From NCBI GenBank assembly GCA_963705505.1, contig CAVPJU010000003.1, positions 64,001 through 128,000 on the forward strand: DNA of 64,000 nt, given 5' to 3'. Shown in pieces: positions 30,493-40,406 of the stretch; within the stretch, counting starts at the first letter, position 1, and the number at the start of each line of letters is the position of its first letter. Source of the DNA: an uncultured bacterium (GTDB lineage Bacteria > Desulfobacterota_D > UBA1144 > Nemesobacterales > UBA2774). A program made the translations under genes and the position numbers. Under the pieces are notes generated by a model, which saw only the letters and a list, made by a program, of their open reading frames with translations, was not told where the DNA came from and did no database searches.

Positions 30493-31341
30493 ATGAACAT
30501 ATCGCACTTTCTAGGCACCGCATGGTCGTTTGAGCCCTGGGTCTTCATTTTCGCCCTCGCGCTGCTCGGGGTCTACGCAGTCCTTCCGGGGTCGCGTCTC
30601 GACGGCAAGTTCCTGCTTTTCGCATCCGGTGTAATGCTTATAGTCCTGACGCTCGTATCCCCTCTCGACTATCTCGGACGCAATTACCTTTTCAGCGCAC
30701 ACATGGTGGAGCACATACTGCTGCTCCTCGTCATACCGCTCATGCTGCTTTCGGGGATTCCGGAGCGTGCCGCGGAAAGAGCATTCATGGTCCCGCTCGC
30801 GGGCGGGATAATTAAATTCCTGGGCAGCCCCGTACCGGCGTGGCTCCTGGGCGTGGGCTCGATGTGGGTCTGGCACATGCCGTCCCTCCACGAGACCGTT
30901 ATGCGCAGCGAAAGCCTTTACATAGCTCAGCAAATAAGCTTCGTGCTTACGGGCGTAATATTCTGGTGGCCGGTTTTCGCCCCCGTCAGGGCGGCGAGAC
31001 TGTCCCCGCTCTCATCCACACTCTACCTGGCCTCAGCATGTCTCGGCTGCACCGTACTCGGCATGCTAATCACCTTTGCGGGAGCGGGCCTCTATCCGTC
31101 ATATGTAAACCCGGCCGATTCCGCGGGGATTCTCTCTTATTTAAGAAACGACCTGTGCATCACCCCGGGAGTCGACCAGCAGATAGGCGGCCTCACGATG
31201 TGGGTCCCCGGGTGCCTCATATACCTCACCGCCAGCCTGGTGACAATCGCAAGGTGGTACGCCTCGCCCGAATCAGACCCGGTTACCGCTCCCGCCGGGG
31301 ATAGTGTTATTGCGAAGGCAGGCTCGTACGAAAGGAATTAA
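30493..31341 (+). CDS. ctaG: caa3-type cytochrome c oxidase assembly factor
   Basis: LFSAHMVEH, WVWHMP and DQQIGGLTMWVPG motifs. Confidence 0.88.
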   Translation: MNISHFLGTAWSFEPWVFIFALALLGVYAVLPGSRLDGKFLLFASGVMLIVLTLVSPLDYLGRNYLFSAHMVEHILLLLVIPLMLLSGIPERAAERAFMVPLAGGIIKFLGSPVPAWLLGVGSMWVWHMPSLHETVMRSESLYIAQQISFVLTGVIFWWPVFAPVRAARLSPLSSTLYLASACLGCTVLGMLITFAGAGLYPSYVNPADSAGILSYLRNDLCITPGVDQQIGGLTMWVPGCLIYLTASLVTIARWYASPESDPVTAPAGDSVIAKAGSYERN

Positions 31342-31385
31342 GCCGTGAAGACGAAAATAAAATATATGAAATCAGCGGAGGAAGC

Positions 31386-31733
31386 ATGAGCACCGGAAGC
31401 GAGTTTCAGGCCCCGAAAAGTACGCAGGCTGCCGCTTTTCAGACAACGTCTGCCCGGACTTTCGATTTCCAGGCAATGGAGGCGGAGGCGCTAAAGAAGG
31501 GCATACCTCCCGGCTGGCACAGGCCTCTTCCGGAAAAGCTGCCGAGGCCCGGATACTGGCCAGCCATCATGGCTCTCGGTATTACCTTCATGCTCTGGGG
31601 GCTTGCCGTCGGGTTCAACGAAGTCGTCAGCACTATATTAATACTTTTTTTTATCGGGCTCGTGCTGTTCGTAGTGGCGCTTTCAGGATGGATAGGAGAC
31701 CTAAGAGATGAGCGAAAAGACGAAAACGAGTGA
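31386..31733 (+). CDS. Small 2-TM protein, probable oxidase accessory subunit (subunit IV/CtaF-like)
   Basis: LPRPGYWP followed by two TM helices and GW; lies inside the operon. Confidence 0.6.
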   Translation: MSTGSEFQAPKSTQAAAFQTTSARTFDFQAMEAEALKKGIPPGWHRPLPEKLPRPGYWPAIMALGITFMLWGLAVGFNEVVSTILILFFIGLVLFVVALSGWIGDLRDERKDENE

Positions 31734-32214
31734 GTGCACAAGAAGGCAATTCTTTGCGCACGTGAGCATAGCGCTCGGGAGCATAGCCGCGGTGCTCGTG
31801 GGAATACCGATAGTAGGCTCGATACTCGCCCCGATAATCAAGAAGCAGAAACCGGAGTGGAGAGCCGTGGGCGCGCTTGAGAGCTTTAAGATCGGAGAGA
31901 CGGTCAAGGTCAACTACGTCGACGCGTCCCCACTCCCCTGGGCGGGCGTAACGGCGGAATCAGCCGCATGGCTGAGGAGGGACGGAGAGGAGCATTTCAC
32001 GGCGTTTTCCGTAAACTGCGCGCACCTGGGATGTCCCGTCAGGTGGATAGCAGGCGCCAAGCTCTTCATGTGCCCCTGTCACGGCGGGGTTTATTACGAA
32101 GACGGCTCAGTCGCTGCGGGACCTCCGCCGAGGGGCCTGTATCAATACCCGGTAAGGGTAAACAAGGGACAGGTGGAACTACTCGCAAGCCCTATACCGA
32201 TCACGACCGCATGA
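31708..32214 (+). CDS. Rieske [2Fe-2S] subunit of a bc complex
   Basis: Tat motif TRRQF; CAHLGC and CPCHGGVY. Confidence 0.93.
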   Translation: MSEKTKTSECTRRQFFAHVSIALGSIAAVLVGIPIVGSILAPIIKKQKPEWRAVGALESFKIGETVKVNYVDASPLPWAGVTAESAAWLRRDGEEHFTAFSVNCAHLGCPVRWIAGAKLFMCPCHGGVYYEDGSVAAGPPPRGLYQYPVRVNKGQVELLASPIPITTA

Positions 32215-32263
32215 TTATTTTATCGATCGCAACGAGAATAAACTTGAAGACGGAGTACTGCAG

Positions 32264-33667
32264 ATGAATTTCCTGAGACGCGCATGGCTCTGGTTTGATG
32301 ACCGCACAGGTCTCGCGGACGCCCTGGGGCCGATAGCCAGACACGCCGTCCCCCCGAATACCGCCACGTGGTTCTACGTCTTCGGGAGCGCAACGCTCTT
32401 TGCCTTCATTCTCCAGGTGGCAACGGGCGTAACACTCGCATTCATATACGTCCCCTCATCGGGCGAGGCATACCAGAGTCTCCAGTTCATAACTCATCAG
32501 ACGACTTTCGGCAGAATAGTGAGGGGCATGCATAACTGGGGGGCGTCCGCGATGATACTCCTGGTCGGCATACACATGATACAGGTCTATCTGACCGCCG
32601 CATACAAGTTCCCGCGGGAAATGAACTGGATATCGGGAGTCGTGCTCCTTGCCCTTACCATAGTCATGGGTTTTACGGGGCAGGTGATAAGGTGGGACCA
32701 GACGGCCGTGTGGTCCACGATAGTCGCAGCAGAGCAGGCAGGCCGTGTCCCTCTCGTAGGAGACTGGCTCGCCGACTTTATAATCGGAGGCAATACCCTG
32801 GGCGGAACGACGCTGAGCCGAATGTTCGCCTACCATGTATTTCTTATCCCGGCGCTGCTTTTCGTCTTTATAGGCTTTCACCTTTACCTCGTCATCAAAA
32901 ACGGGATATCGGAGTTCCCGAGGGCGGGCGATCCGGTAGACCCCGCGACCTACAGGGAGAAATACGAAGCAATGGTCAGGAGCCGGGGCATTCCGTTCTG
33001 GCCCGATGCCGCATGGAAGGACATGGTATTCGGCTTCATAGTTATTTGTACCATACTTGTTATCGCCGTAGTAATAGGGCCTCCCGACCTGGGCCCCCCT
33101 CCTAACCCCTCGGATATCCATGCGCTTCCGGTGCCCGACTGGTACTTCATATTCTATTTCGCATTCCTGGCGCTCATGCCGCCTGCGCTGGAAACGTATC
33201 TCATGGTGTTCGGCCCGCTCCTGGTCGGACTCCTCCTCTTCTGCCTCCCGTTCATCTCGAACAGGGGGGAGAGAAGCCCGCTCCGCCGCCCGTGGGCGGT
33301 CGCCATCGTAGCGCTTGTCATCGCGACGATATCGGGCCTGTGGGCAATCGGTATCACGTCCCCGTGGTCGCCCCACTTCGACGCGGAGCCGATTACGGCG
33401 GAAATAATAGGCGCCGACAGCGGACCGCTCTACAGCGGCGGGATGGATTTCAACGACAAAGGGTGCCTCTACTGCCACAGCATTTCGGGTCACGGCGGAC
33501 AAAGGGGGCCCGACCTCACCTATGTCGGGGACAGGTTAAACGCAAACGAGCTGACGTGGCGGATTATGAACGGCGGGCTCAATATGCCCGGCTTCGGGGG
33601 AACGATCACGAATAAGGAGCTCAGCGACCTGGTAGAATTTCTGGCTTCCAGGAAAAAGGAAAAATAG
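32264..33667 (+). CDS. Cytochrome b (b6 + subunit IV fused) with C-terminal cytochrome c
   Basis: RGMHNWGAS..H, PREMNW, PDWY (PEWY equivalent), CLYCH with axial Met. Confidence 0.93.
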   Translation: MNFLRRAWLWFDDRTGLADALGPIARHAVPPNTATWFYVFGSATLFAFILQVATGVTLAFIYVPSSGEAYQSLQFITHQTTFGRIVRGMHNWGASAMILLVGIHMIQVYLTAAYKFPREMNWISGVVLLALTIVMGFTGQVIRWDQTAVWSTIVAAEQAGRVPLVGDWLADFIIGGNTLGGTTLSRMFAYHVFLIPALLFVFIGFHLYLVIKNGISEFPRAGDPVDPATYREKYEAMVRSRGIPFWPDAAWKDMVFGFIVICTILVIAVVIGPPDLGPPPNPSDIHALPVPDWYFIFYFAFLALMPPALETYLMVFGPLLVGLLLFCLPFISNRGERSPLRRPWAVAIVALVIATISGLWAIGITSPWSPHFDAEPITAEIIGADSGPLYSGGMDFNDKGCLYCHSISGHGGQRGPDLTYVGDRLNANELTWRIMNGGLNMPGFGGTITNKELSDLVEFLASRKKEK

Positions 33668-34978
33668 TCAGCGCTTGTCTCCGGTCGGAGCCTGGCGGGG
33701 CCTCATAAGGAATTTAAGCTGCACTATGTCCTTCGGAAGGAATATGTCGAGGAACCAGTCTATAGCGACCCTTATCTTCCTGTCCCATCCGGGAAGCTTC
33801 CCGAGATAAATACAGCGCCAGAGCGCCCATGCGAAAAATCCCGAGAATTTAAGCCCCTTGATCTCAGCGACCGCGGACCTGTGGCCGAGCGGAGCCAGCA
33901 TACCCTGTGTCTTGTACACGAAGGGTCTCCTGTCGCCCTCCTTCCTGTTTATCGCAGCTGCAATATTATGGGCGGTCTGCTTCCCTTCGCGGGTCGCATG
34001 CTGAGCCGTCGGCGGATAAGGCTTTCCCGAATGCGGGTCGGGAATTACAGCGCAGTCCCCCATGGCCCAGACTCCGGGGTATCCGGGGACTTCCATATAC
34101 TCGCTAACCTCCACCCTCCCCTTTTTGTCCGCGCACGGGAGAGAGGCAATAACAGGCTGGGGAGATGTGCCGGCTGCCCATATGGCGGTATGCGTTTCGA
34201 TCTTTCCTCCGTCAGCCGTCTCCACGGAATCCGGGGTGACTTTCGATATCCTCGTATTCAGACGGAATTCCATGCCCCGTTTCTTGAGGAGGGCCGTACC
34301 GTAATCGGCGAGCCCCTCGCTCATTTCGTGCATGATCCTGTCACCGGGATCGATGACGATCACTTTGACCTCGTCGGATTTGACGTTCTTATAAAACCTC
34401 CTGCTGGCATCGACGTAATCGTTGAGCTCGGCTGCGACTTCTATGCCGGTATAGCCCCCGCCCACGACAGCGAATGTGAGGAGCCTTCTCCTCACATCGT
34501 GCTCCTGCTCGAGGTCCGCCATCTCGAACATATCGATCACGTGACTCCGGAGCACCATCGCATCGGAGAGGTTTTTGAGCGGGAACGAGTACTCCTCAGC
34601 CCCTTCGACCCCGTGAAACCCGGTTATTGATCCCAGAGCCAGCACGAGGTAGTCGTATCCGAGCATGAATTTTTCGTCGGTGTCCGGGCGGTAGAACGAG
34701 ACCGTTTTTTTGTCGAGGTCGATAGAGTCCGCTATGAGCTCTTTGAATGTGGCTTTACTCAGACACTCCCTGAGCGGAATGACGACGTGCTTGGCCTCGA
34801 TACTGCTCGATACGACCTCGGCCAGCATCGAGGTGAAAATAAGATAGTTATCCTGACTCGCGAGGGTTATCTCCACGTCGTCTCTGTGTTTGAAAATTTT
34901 TTCGAGGCTTTGGGCGACCTCAAGACCTGCAAATCCGCCGCCCAGAATAAGTACGCGGTTAGTAACGGTATCGGGCAT
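33668..34978 (-). CDS. ndh: Type II NADH dehydrogenase (NDH-2)
   Basis: GGGFAG, GGGYTGIE, WAAG, GDCA and PPTAQHA motifs. Confidence 0.88.
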   Translation of the reverse strand: MPDTVTNRVLILGGGFAGLEVAQSLEKIFKHRDDVEITLASQDNYLIFTSMLAEVVSSSIEAKHVVIPLRECLSKATFKELIADSIDLDKKTVSFYRPDTDEKFMLGYDYLVLALGSITGFHGVEGAEEYSFPLKNLSDAMVLRSHVIDMFEMADLEQEHDVRRRLLTFAVVGGGYTGIEVAAELNDYVDASRRFYKNVKSDEVKVIVIDPGDRIMHEMSEGLADYGTALLKKRGMEFRLNTRISKVTPDSVETADGGKIETHTAIWAAGTSPQPVIASLPCADKKGRVEVSEYMEVPGYPGVWAMGDCAVIPDPHSGKPYPPTAQHATREGKQTAHNIAAAINRKEGDRRPFVYKTQGMLAPLGHRSAVAEIKGLKFSGFFAWALWRCIYLGKLPGWDRKIRVAIDWFLDIFLPKDIVQLKFLMRPRQAPTGDKR

Positions 34979-35192
34979 CCGACTCAGTCCTCCTCATTGG
35001 TTCATGCGATCGGCAGACGGCAGGACTACTCCGCCCGCAAGAAATGTAGTAATCATTGTCGCATGAACAACGGCTATGTGTCAACAAAATGCCGGGACTG
35101 CCCGCTCGTTCCCGGGAGGATAACGGCATAAATCTCATCCGGGCCGATTTTCCGGTATCAGAAAATTACATCGTGGAGTTTGGTGCTGTTTA

Positions 35193-36755
35193 TTAGTTGG
35201 ATTTTTCCTTTTGCATCTCCTTTTCAACTCTGAGCGCGGCATAAATTGTAGTATCGCCCCTCTTCACGAGGAAAAGCATCGTACCGCCGGGCTTGCCCTG
35301 GGAAATTGCCGACGTGTAATCCTTAAGACTCGTTATATGGTTCTTGTCGATCTCGAGGATCACGTCGCCCGGCCTTAACCCCGCGTCCTCCGCTGCGCTG
35401 CCCTCCGCTACGTCTGCAATTATCACACCCTTATCGACTTCGAGGTTGAACCTCTTGACGATCTGGGGGTTAAGCTCTTTCACGCTGAGACCGAGCTGCT
35501 CTTCCACTTTTTCCTGTACTTCCGCCGGGACTTCCTCTTCCGGAAACTCGGTGAGCTTTACGGTTACGTCTTTCGTCTTCCCGTCGTGTATCAGTGTCAT
35601 GGCCACCTCAGTGCCCGGCTCTGTCACGGCCGCCATGGTCGTGAGGTCCGTCACTTCGTCAACCTTTTTGCCCTCGTATTCGATTATGACATCGCCCCGC
35701 GATATACCGGCTTTCTCTGCCGGGCTTCCGGGAGTAACGTCGCTTACGAGCACCCCTTCCCCTTCTTTCAGATTCAGGCCGGAAGCGATCTCAGGGGTGA
35801 GTTTCTGTACATAAACTCCGAGCCATCCCCGCACCACTTTACCCCCCGCTTTGAGCTGATCTATCACGAACTGGGCCATGGTTATAGGTATCGCAAACCC
35901 GATCCCCTGCCCTTGAGCCACTATAGCGGTGTTCACTCCCACGACCTCACCGTTCAGATTAAAAAGAGGCCCGCCGCTGTTGCCGGGGTTGAGCGATGCG
36001 TCCGTCTGTATAAAATCATCGTAAGCGCCGAGCCCCAGTGACCTGCCCTTGGCGCTGACAATGCCCGCCGTAACCGTGTACCCAAGCCCGAACGGGTTCC
36101 CGATGGCCAGCACCCAGTCGCCTATCCTGAGCTCGTCCGAATTGCCGAAGCTCACCGCGTGGAGCTTCCCCGAGGGCTGGAATTTCACTACCGCGATATC
36201 GGTCTTAGGGTCCTTGCCCACGACCTTAGCCTCGTATTTGTCCCCGTTTTCCAGTATTACGCTTATGTCGTCAGCCTTTTCCACCACATGATAGTTCGTT
36301 ACTACATAGCCGTCTTCGCTGATTATAAAACCGGAGCCGAGACCCTGGCGCTTGTATTCTTGCTGCGGAGCGCCTTCGAAGAACTTCTTGAAGAACTCCT
36401 CAAAGGGGTCGTTCTCACCGAAAGGTGACCTCGGCATCCTTTCCTGAAAGCTCCTCGGCTTAACGACGCTCGTCGTGCTGATGTTGACGACGGAGGGTTT
36501 GAGCTTCTCTACGAGATCGGCAAAGGAGGGAAACTCGTGCGTCCTTATATCCCTCACAGTGCCAGTGCTAGTGCCAGTACCATTACCGGTCCCTGTATCG
36601 GCTCTTTCTTTTTGAGGGGGTGCAACCTTTTCGGATTGCTCATTCTTTGCCGGGCCCTTGTGCTGGACCTTCGGGCCCTCCGGCTTTTCACACCCTATAT
36701 TTATGACGGCAACTAAGAATGGGATTATAAATAGTAATGCTGACGACCGCTTCAT
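35193..36755 (-). CDS. Do/DegQ-family serine endopeptidase with two PDZ domains
   Basis: GSGFII, TNYHV, DIA and GNSGGPL motifs, two PDZ domains, possible lipobox NIGC. Confidence 0.93.
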   Translation of the reverse strand: MKRSSALLFIIPFLVAVINIGCEKPEGPKVQHKGPAKNEQSEKVAPPQKERADTGTGNGTGTSTGTVRDIRTHEFPSFADLVEKLKPSVVNISTTSVVKPRSFQERMPRSPFGENDPFEEFFKKFFEGAPQQEYKRQGLGSGFIISEDGYVVTNYHVVEKADDISVILENGDKYEAKVVGKDPKTDIAVVKFQPSGKLHAVSFGNSDELRIGDWVLAIGNPFGLGYTVTAGIVSAKGRSLGLGAYDDFIQTDASLNPGNSGGPLFNLNGEVVGVNTAIVAQGQGIGFAIPITMAQFVIDQLKAGGKVVRGWLGVYVQKLTPEIASGLNLKEGEGVLVSDVTPGSPAEKAGISRGDVIIEYEGKKVDEVTDLTTMAAVTEPGTEVAMTLIHDGKTKDVTVKLTEFPEEEVPAEVQEKVEEQLGLSVKELNPQIVKRFNLEVDKGVIIADVAEGSAAEDAGLRPGDVILEIDKNHITSLKDYTSAISQGKPGGTMLFLVKRGDTTIYAALRVEKEMQKEKSN

Positions 36756-37109
36756 AAACGCCTCCTGGACTCTCTCAACTGATAGAAATAATATAGCCAG
36801 CAAAAACCCATAGGCAAGGAAAATAATTCGACCCGCCGGCGAATCTCTCTTATCGGGAGGAAATCGGCTCCCCTGGATATGTGAATGTCAGGTCCGATAA
36901 CGAGTGCCGGCGAACCGCAATTTTATTCTAATATCCGTGAGGTATTATGAAACTGGAAGGACCAAAACCTCGTATATACAAACGTGACCGGATACGAGCT
37001 CTCGCCAAGTTTGAAAAACGTCGTGTGAACATACGGATGCTCCAATCGGGCTTAAGCCTCGTAATATGCTTTAAGCAGGGGGCGGGTTACGGAATACAAG
37101 AGAGAAATA

Positions 37110-37838
37110 ATGGGCAGAAAAGAGGCTGTACGTAAATCGGTCGCTGATAATGGTGAGACGAGCTCCGGAGCCGGGCGAATTCCCCCCGACTACCAATCGC
37201 TCACAGACGAGAAGCTCGCGAGCCTCTATGCGAACGGGAGAGACGGAGAGGCATTTAACAGGATCGCCGCAAAATACAGTGATATAGTCCTCGGGTTCGC
37301 GTTAAAGATGATGAGAGACCCCCATGACGCAGAAGAAGTGAGACAGGACGTCTTCATGTCGCTTTTGGAAAATATGGGGAGTTTCAAAGGGAATTCCAGG
37401 TTTTCTACATGGCTCTATAAAATCACCTTGAATACCTGTTACATGAAGCTTAATAAAAGAAGGAGAATGACCCGGAACGAGGTGCCGATCGATACCCTTG
37501 ACATGGCCGCGGACGCGGCTGCGGCAAGACTTTGCGGGGAGAAAAGACCGGACGAATTAGCCATATACAGGGAAATAATGGAATCGATCGGGGACGCCGT
37601 CCGAGAATTACCCAAGAGGAACAGGATCGTATTCACGCTGCGGGACATAAAGGGTTTTTCCAATGCGGAGACCGGGGAGATGCTCGGGATGTCGGAATCC
37701 GCAGTTAAATCGCGGATATTGAGGTCGAGGCTCTTCATACGGGAAAGGGTTTCAGCCCGCTTCCGTGAGAGGAATGTTCGCTGTATCCGGGGACACCGCT
37801 TACCGGATACCTCCCGGAACCGTCCGAACGCAGCATAA
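37110..37838 (+). CDS. ECF RNA polymerase sigma factor
   Basis: DAEEVRQDVF, FSTWLYKI and AVKSRILRSR motifs. Confidence 0.88.
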   Translation: MGRKEAVRKSVADNGETSSGAGRIPPDYQSLTDEKLASLYANGRDGEAFNRIAAKYSDIVLGFALKMMRDPHDAEEVRQDVFMSLLENMGSFKGNSRFSTWLYKITLNTCYMKLNKRRRMTRNEVPIDTLDMAADAAAARLCGEKRPDELAIYREIMESIGDAVRELPKRNRIVFTLRDIKGFSNAETGEMLGMSESAVKSRILRSRLFIRERVSARFRERNVRCIRGHRLPDTSRNRPNAA

Positions 37839-37984
37839 ATAAAAGCAGATACGGTGAGCGGATGATCTTTGCAGCCTGACTTCGTCCCGAGAATCGATTA
37901 ACGAAAGCTTTAATGATTAAACTCAGAAAAATATAAATAAAAGCGGACGGATATTAGAGATGAACTTCGGATCCAGACCATCGA

Positions 37985-38012
37985 TTGACAAGACCCCCGG
38001 ATTAAATACAAT
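37985..38012 (+). promoter_or_regulatory. Sigma70-type promoter of the sigma/anti-sigma pair
   Basis: TTGACA-N16-TACAAT, which implies the ATG at 38041 is the start. Confidence 0.55.
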
Positions 38013-38040
38013 GGTTGCAAGGCCGAAAAATTTTTCACAT

Positions 38041-38613
38041 ATGGACAAAAGTTCAGTCCCAAGCGCGGACCAGATATTAATAGATCGCATCAAGGACGGT
38101 GACAAATCCGCCTTCAGGGATATTTATGCACGTTTTTCCCAGGTCGTCTTTAACCTTGCGTTCAGGATGCTGAGGAGCAGGGAAGAGGCGGAAGAAGTCG
38201 TACAGGAAATATTCCTTCAGCTATGGAACAAGGCAGAGTCGTACGATCCCGAAAGGGGAGCCGTATCGACATGGATAATCAACATAGCCCGGAGCAGATC
38301 GATCGATAAGCTCAGGACTTTGGGGTTCAGAGAGCAAACTACGGAATTAAATGAAGAGAGAGTGAACTCAAAATCCGATTTCTCTCGTATAATAGAGGAC
38401 AGGGAGGAAAGGAAAAAGATTATTCAGCAGGCCCTCGACTCTCTTCCCGATAACCAGAGAATCGCCATAGAAATGGTTTTCTTCGAAGGACTAACGCACA
38501 TGGAAACGGCGGAAAGGCTGAAGGAACCCGTAGGCACGATTAAGACCCGGATCAGGCTGGGAGTAGCGAAGCTGAAGGAGAAGATTTCACCTTATATCGA
38601 GGATTTGATTTAG
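38041..38613 (+). CDS. ECF sigma factor, SigK-like
   Basis: AEEVVQEIF, YDPERG, FFEGLTH and PVGTIKTRIR motifs. Confidence 0.9.
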   Translation: MDKSSVPSADQILIDRIKDGDKSAFRDIYARFSQVVFNLAFRMLRSREEAEEVVQEIFLQLWNKAESYDPERGAVSTWIINIARSRSIDKLRTLGFREQTTELNEERVNSKSDFSRIIEDREERKKIIQQALDSLPDNQRIAIEMVFFEGLTHMETAERLKEPVGTIKTRIRLGVAKLKEKISPYIEDLI

Positions 38614-39387
38614 ATGGCTCATAAACCGGAGTACGAAGACCAGATAGCGCTTTACTCGCTCGGCCTCCTCGAGGGTGAGGAGCTGAGAGAGATAGAGGAC
38701 CATATCGCGGAAGGGTGCGTTATATGCACGGGTTTGCTTAAAGACAGCGATACGGTTTTTACGAGCTTACCGTTCTGCCTCGATGACGAACCCCTATCGA
38801 AAGACGTGGAGAAAATAATATTCGAGGGTCTTGCGGACAGGAAACCGCAGCGGGAAAGAACGCCCCTCTTTAATTTCTGGAAGAATTTAAGCCCGGTCTG
38901 GCTTAACCTCGGTACCGCCGTCTCGCTCGCGCTTATAATTTTCCTCGTCGTCTCCAACATATCCCTCAGGAACAGGCTCCAGCTCCAGGAAACGAACCTG
39001 AGCGAGCTTGAGGCAAAGCTCGTCAAGGATAAGGAAATGATGGCGTACGTTACCAATCCGAACGTGGACCTTGTTAACCTCGGCAGCAAGATGCCGGATA
39101 TGGATGCATCGGGAAAACTGCTTTGGGACAAGGACACCGACAAGGGGCTCTTCCTCGTGTCGAACATACCAGTCCCCGACAAAGGGAAAACGTATCAGCT
39201 CTGGGCGATCGAGGACGGAAAGCCGGTAAGCATGGGCGTATTCGATGTGGACAAAGAAGGGAAATGCATGATGGAAATAAAATTGATGCCCGAGCCGGCC
39301 CGGCCCATGCAGTTCGCGGTGACACTCGAGCCCGCGGGCGGGATGCCCCAGCCGACGGGCGAAATGTACCTCTACGGCTCACTATGA
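38614..39387 (+). CDS. Anti-sigma factor, RskA-like
   Basis: HxxxxCxxC zinc finger, one TM segment, YQLW and FAVTLEPAGG...PTG motifs. Confidence 0.9.
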   Translation: MAHKPEYEDQIALYSLGLLEGEELREIEDHIAEGCVICTGLLKDSDTVFTSLPFCLDDEPLSKDVEKIIFEGLADRKPQRERTPLFNFWKNLSPVWLNLGTAVSLALIIFLVVSNISLRNRLQLQETNLSELEAKLVKDKEMMAYVTNPNVDLVNLGSKMPDMDASGKLLWDKDTDKGLFLVSNIPVPDKGKTYQLWAIEDGKPVSMGVFDVDKEGKCMMEIKLMPEPARPMQFAVTLEPAGGMPQPTGEMYLYGSL

Positions 39388-39536
39388 TAATTCCTTTACC
39401 GCACGGACACGCGGTCCGCTTGAAATCCTGACAGCAGAATCATTCAGTAAATTTCGACTGCGCCGGGAATATAAGAATCCATAGACGGCTCATAAGCGTA
39501 TATCCCTTATATATTTTCTGGGCATCTATAAAACAA

Positions 39537-40373
39537 ATGAAAACGAATACCGGATTTGGAATGATTTTCGAATTAAGCCTTCCCGCGGTTTGCTTGCTAT
39601 TTTTTATCGCTTTTGTCATTAATGCATCGGCAGAGACGTTTGACCGGTCTCAGCAATTATACGCTGATGTGCTTTCTCGCCATGTGAAAGACGGCCTCGT
39701 CGATTACAGCAGCCTCAAATCGAATCCCGGCGGCTTGAATAAATACCTCGGACAAACGGCGCTCGTAAGCAGGAAGGAATTCGATAGCTGGACGAGGGAC
39801 GAACAGCTCGCATTCCTCATAAATCTCTACAACGCCCGGACTATCCGGTTGATAATAGATAATTACCCCGTTAAAAGTATCAGGGACATAGGAAGCGGCG
39901 CGAAAGGGCCGTGGGAAGAACCGATAGTACCTCTCTTCGGCGAAATCATTACGCTGAACACTCTTGAAAACAGCATGATACGAAAAAATTATAACGACCC
40001 CAGGATACACTTTGCACTCGTCTGCGCGGCTAAAGGATGCCCTCCCCTGCTCGGCGAACCTTACACCGCCGAGAATTTAAATAATCAGCTCGAGGCCCAA
40101 ACGCAAAAGTTCCTCGCCGATTCGGCAAAGAATTCCATCGACTTAAAAAATAAAATCATACGCCTTTCCCCCATTTTCAACTGGTATATGTCCGACTTTT
40201 CGAGAACAGCAGGGTCGGTACAAAACTTCATAAAACTTTATTACTTAAACATTCCCATAGAAGAATTTAAAATAGAATATACGGACTATGACTGGTCGTT
40301 GAACGATTTATCCGGGGGAGGGAAATCGATGCCTCACGCGGAATTATACGTAAGACCACAGAAGAATTGCTGA
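39537..40373 (+). CDS. DUF547 domain exported protein
   Basis: LAFLINLYNA, DPRIHFALVCAAKGCP, LSPIFNWY and YDWSLN motifs. Confidence 0.9.
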   Translation: MKTNTGFGMIFELSLPAVCLLFFIAFVINASAETFDRSQQLYADVLSRHVKDGLVDYSSLKSNPGGLNKYLGQTALVSRKEFDSWTRDEQLAFLINLYNARTIRLIIDNYPVKSIRDIGSGAKGPWEEPIVPLFGEIITLNTLENSMIRKNYNDPRIHFALVCAAKGCPPLLGEPYTAENLNNQLEAQTQKFLADSAKNSIDLKNKIIRLSPIFNWYMSDFSRTAGSVQNFIKLYYLNIPIEEFKIEYTDYDWSLNDLSGGGKSMPHAELYVRPQKNC

Positions 40374-40406
40374 AGCGCTTATACGAAAGCTCGACCGGAG
40401 GACTAT

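Noticed and set aside
36559..36590. Short GTGCCAGT-like tandem in degQ
   Set aside because: Encodes an ordinary Gly/Thr linker (GTGNGTGTSTGT).
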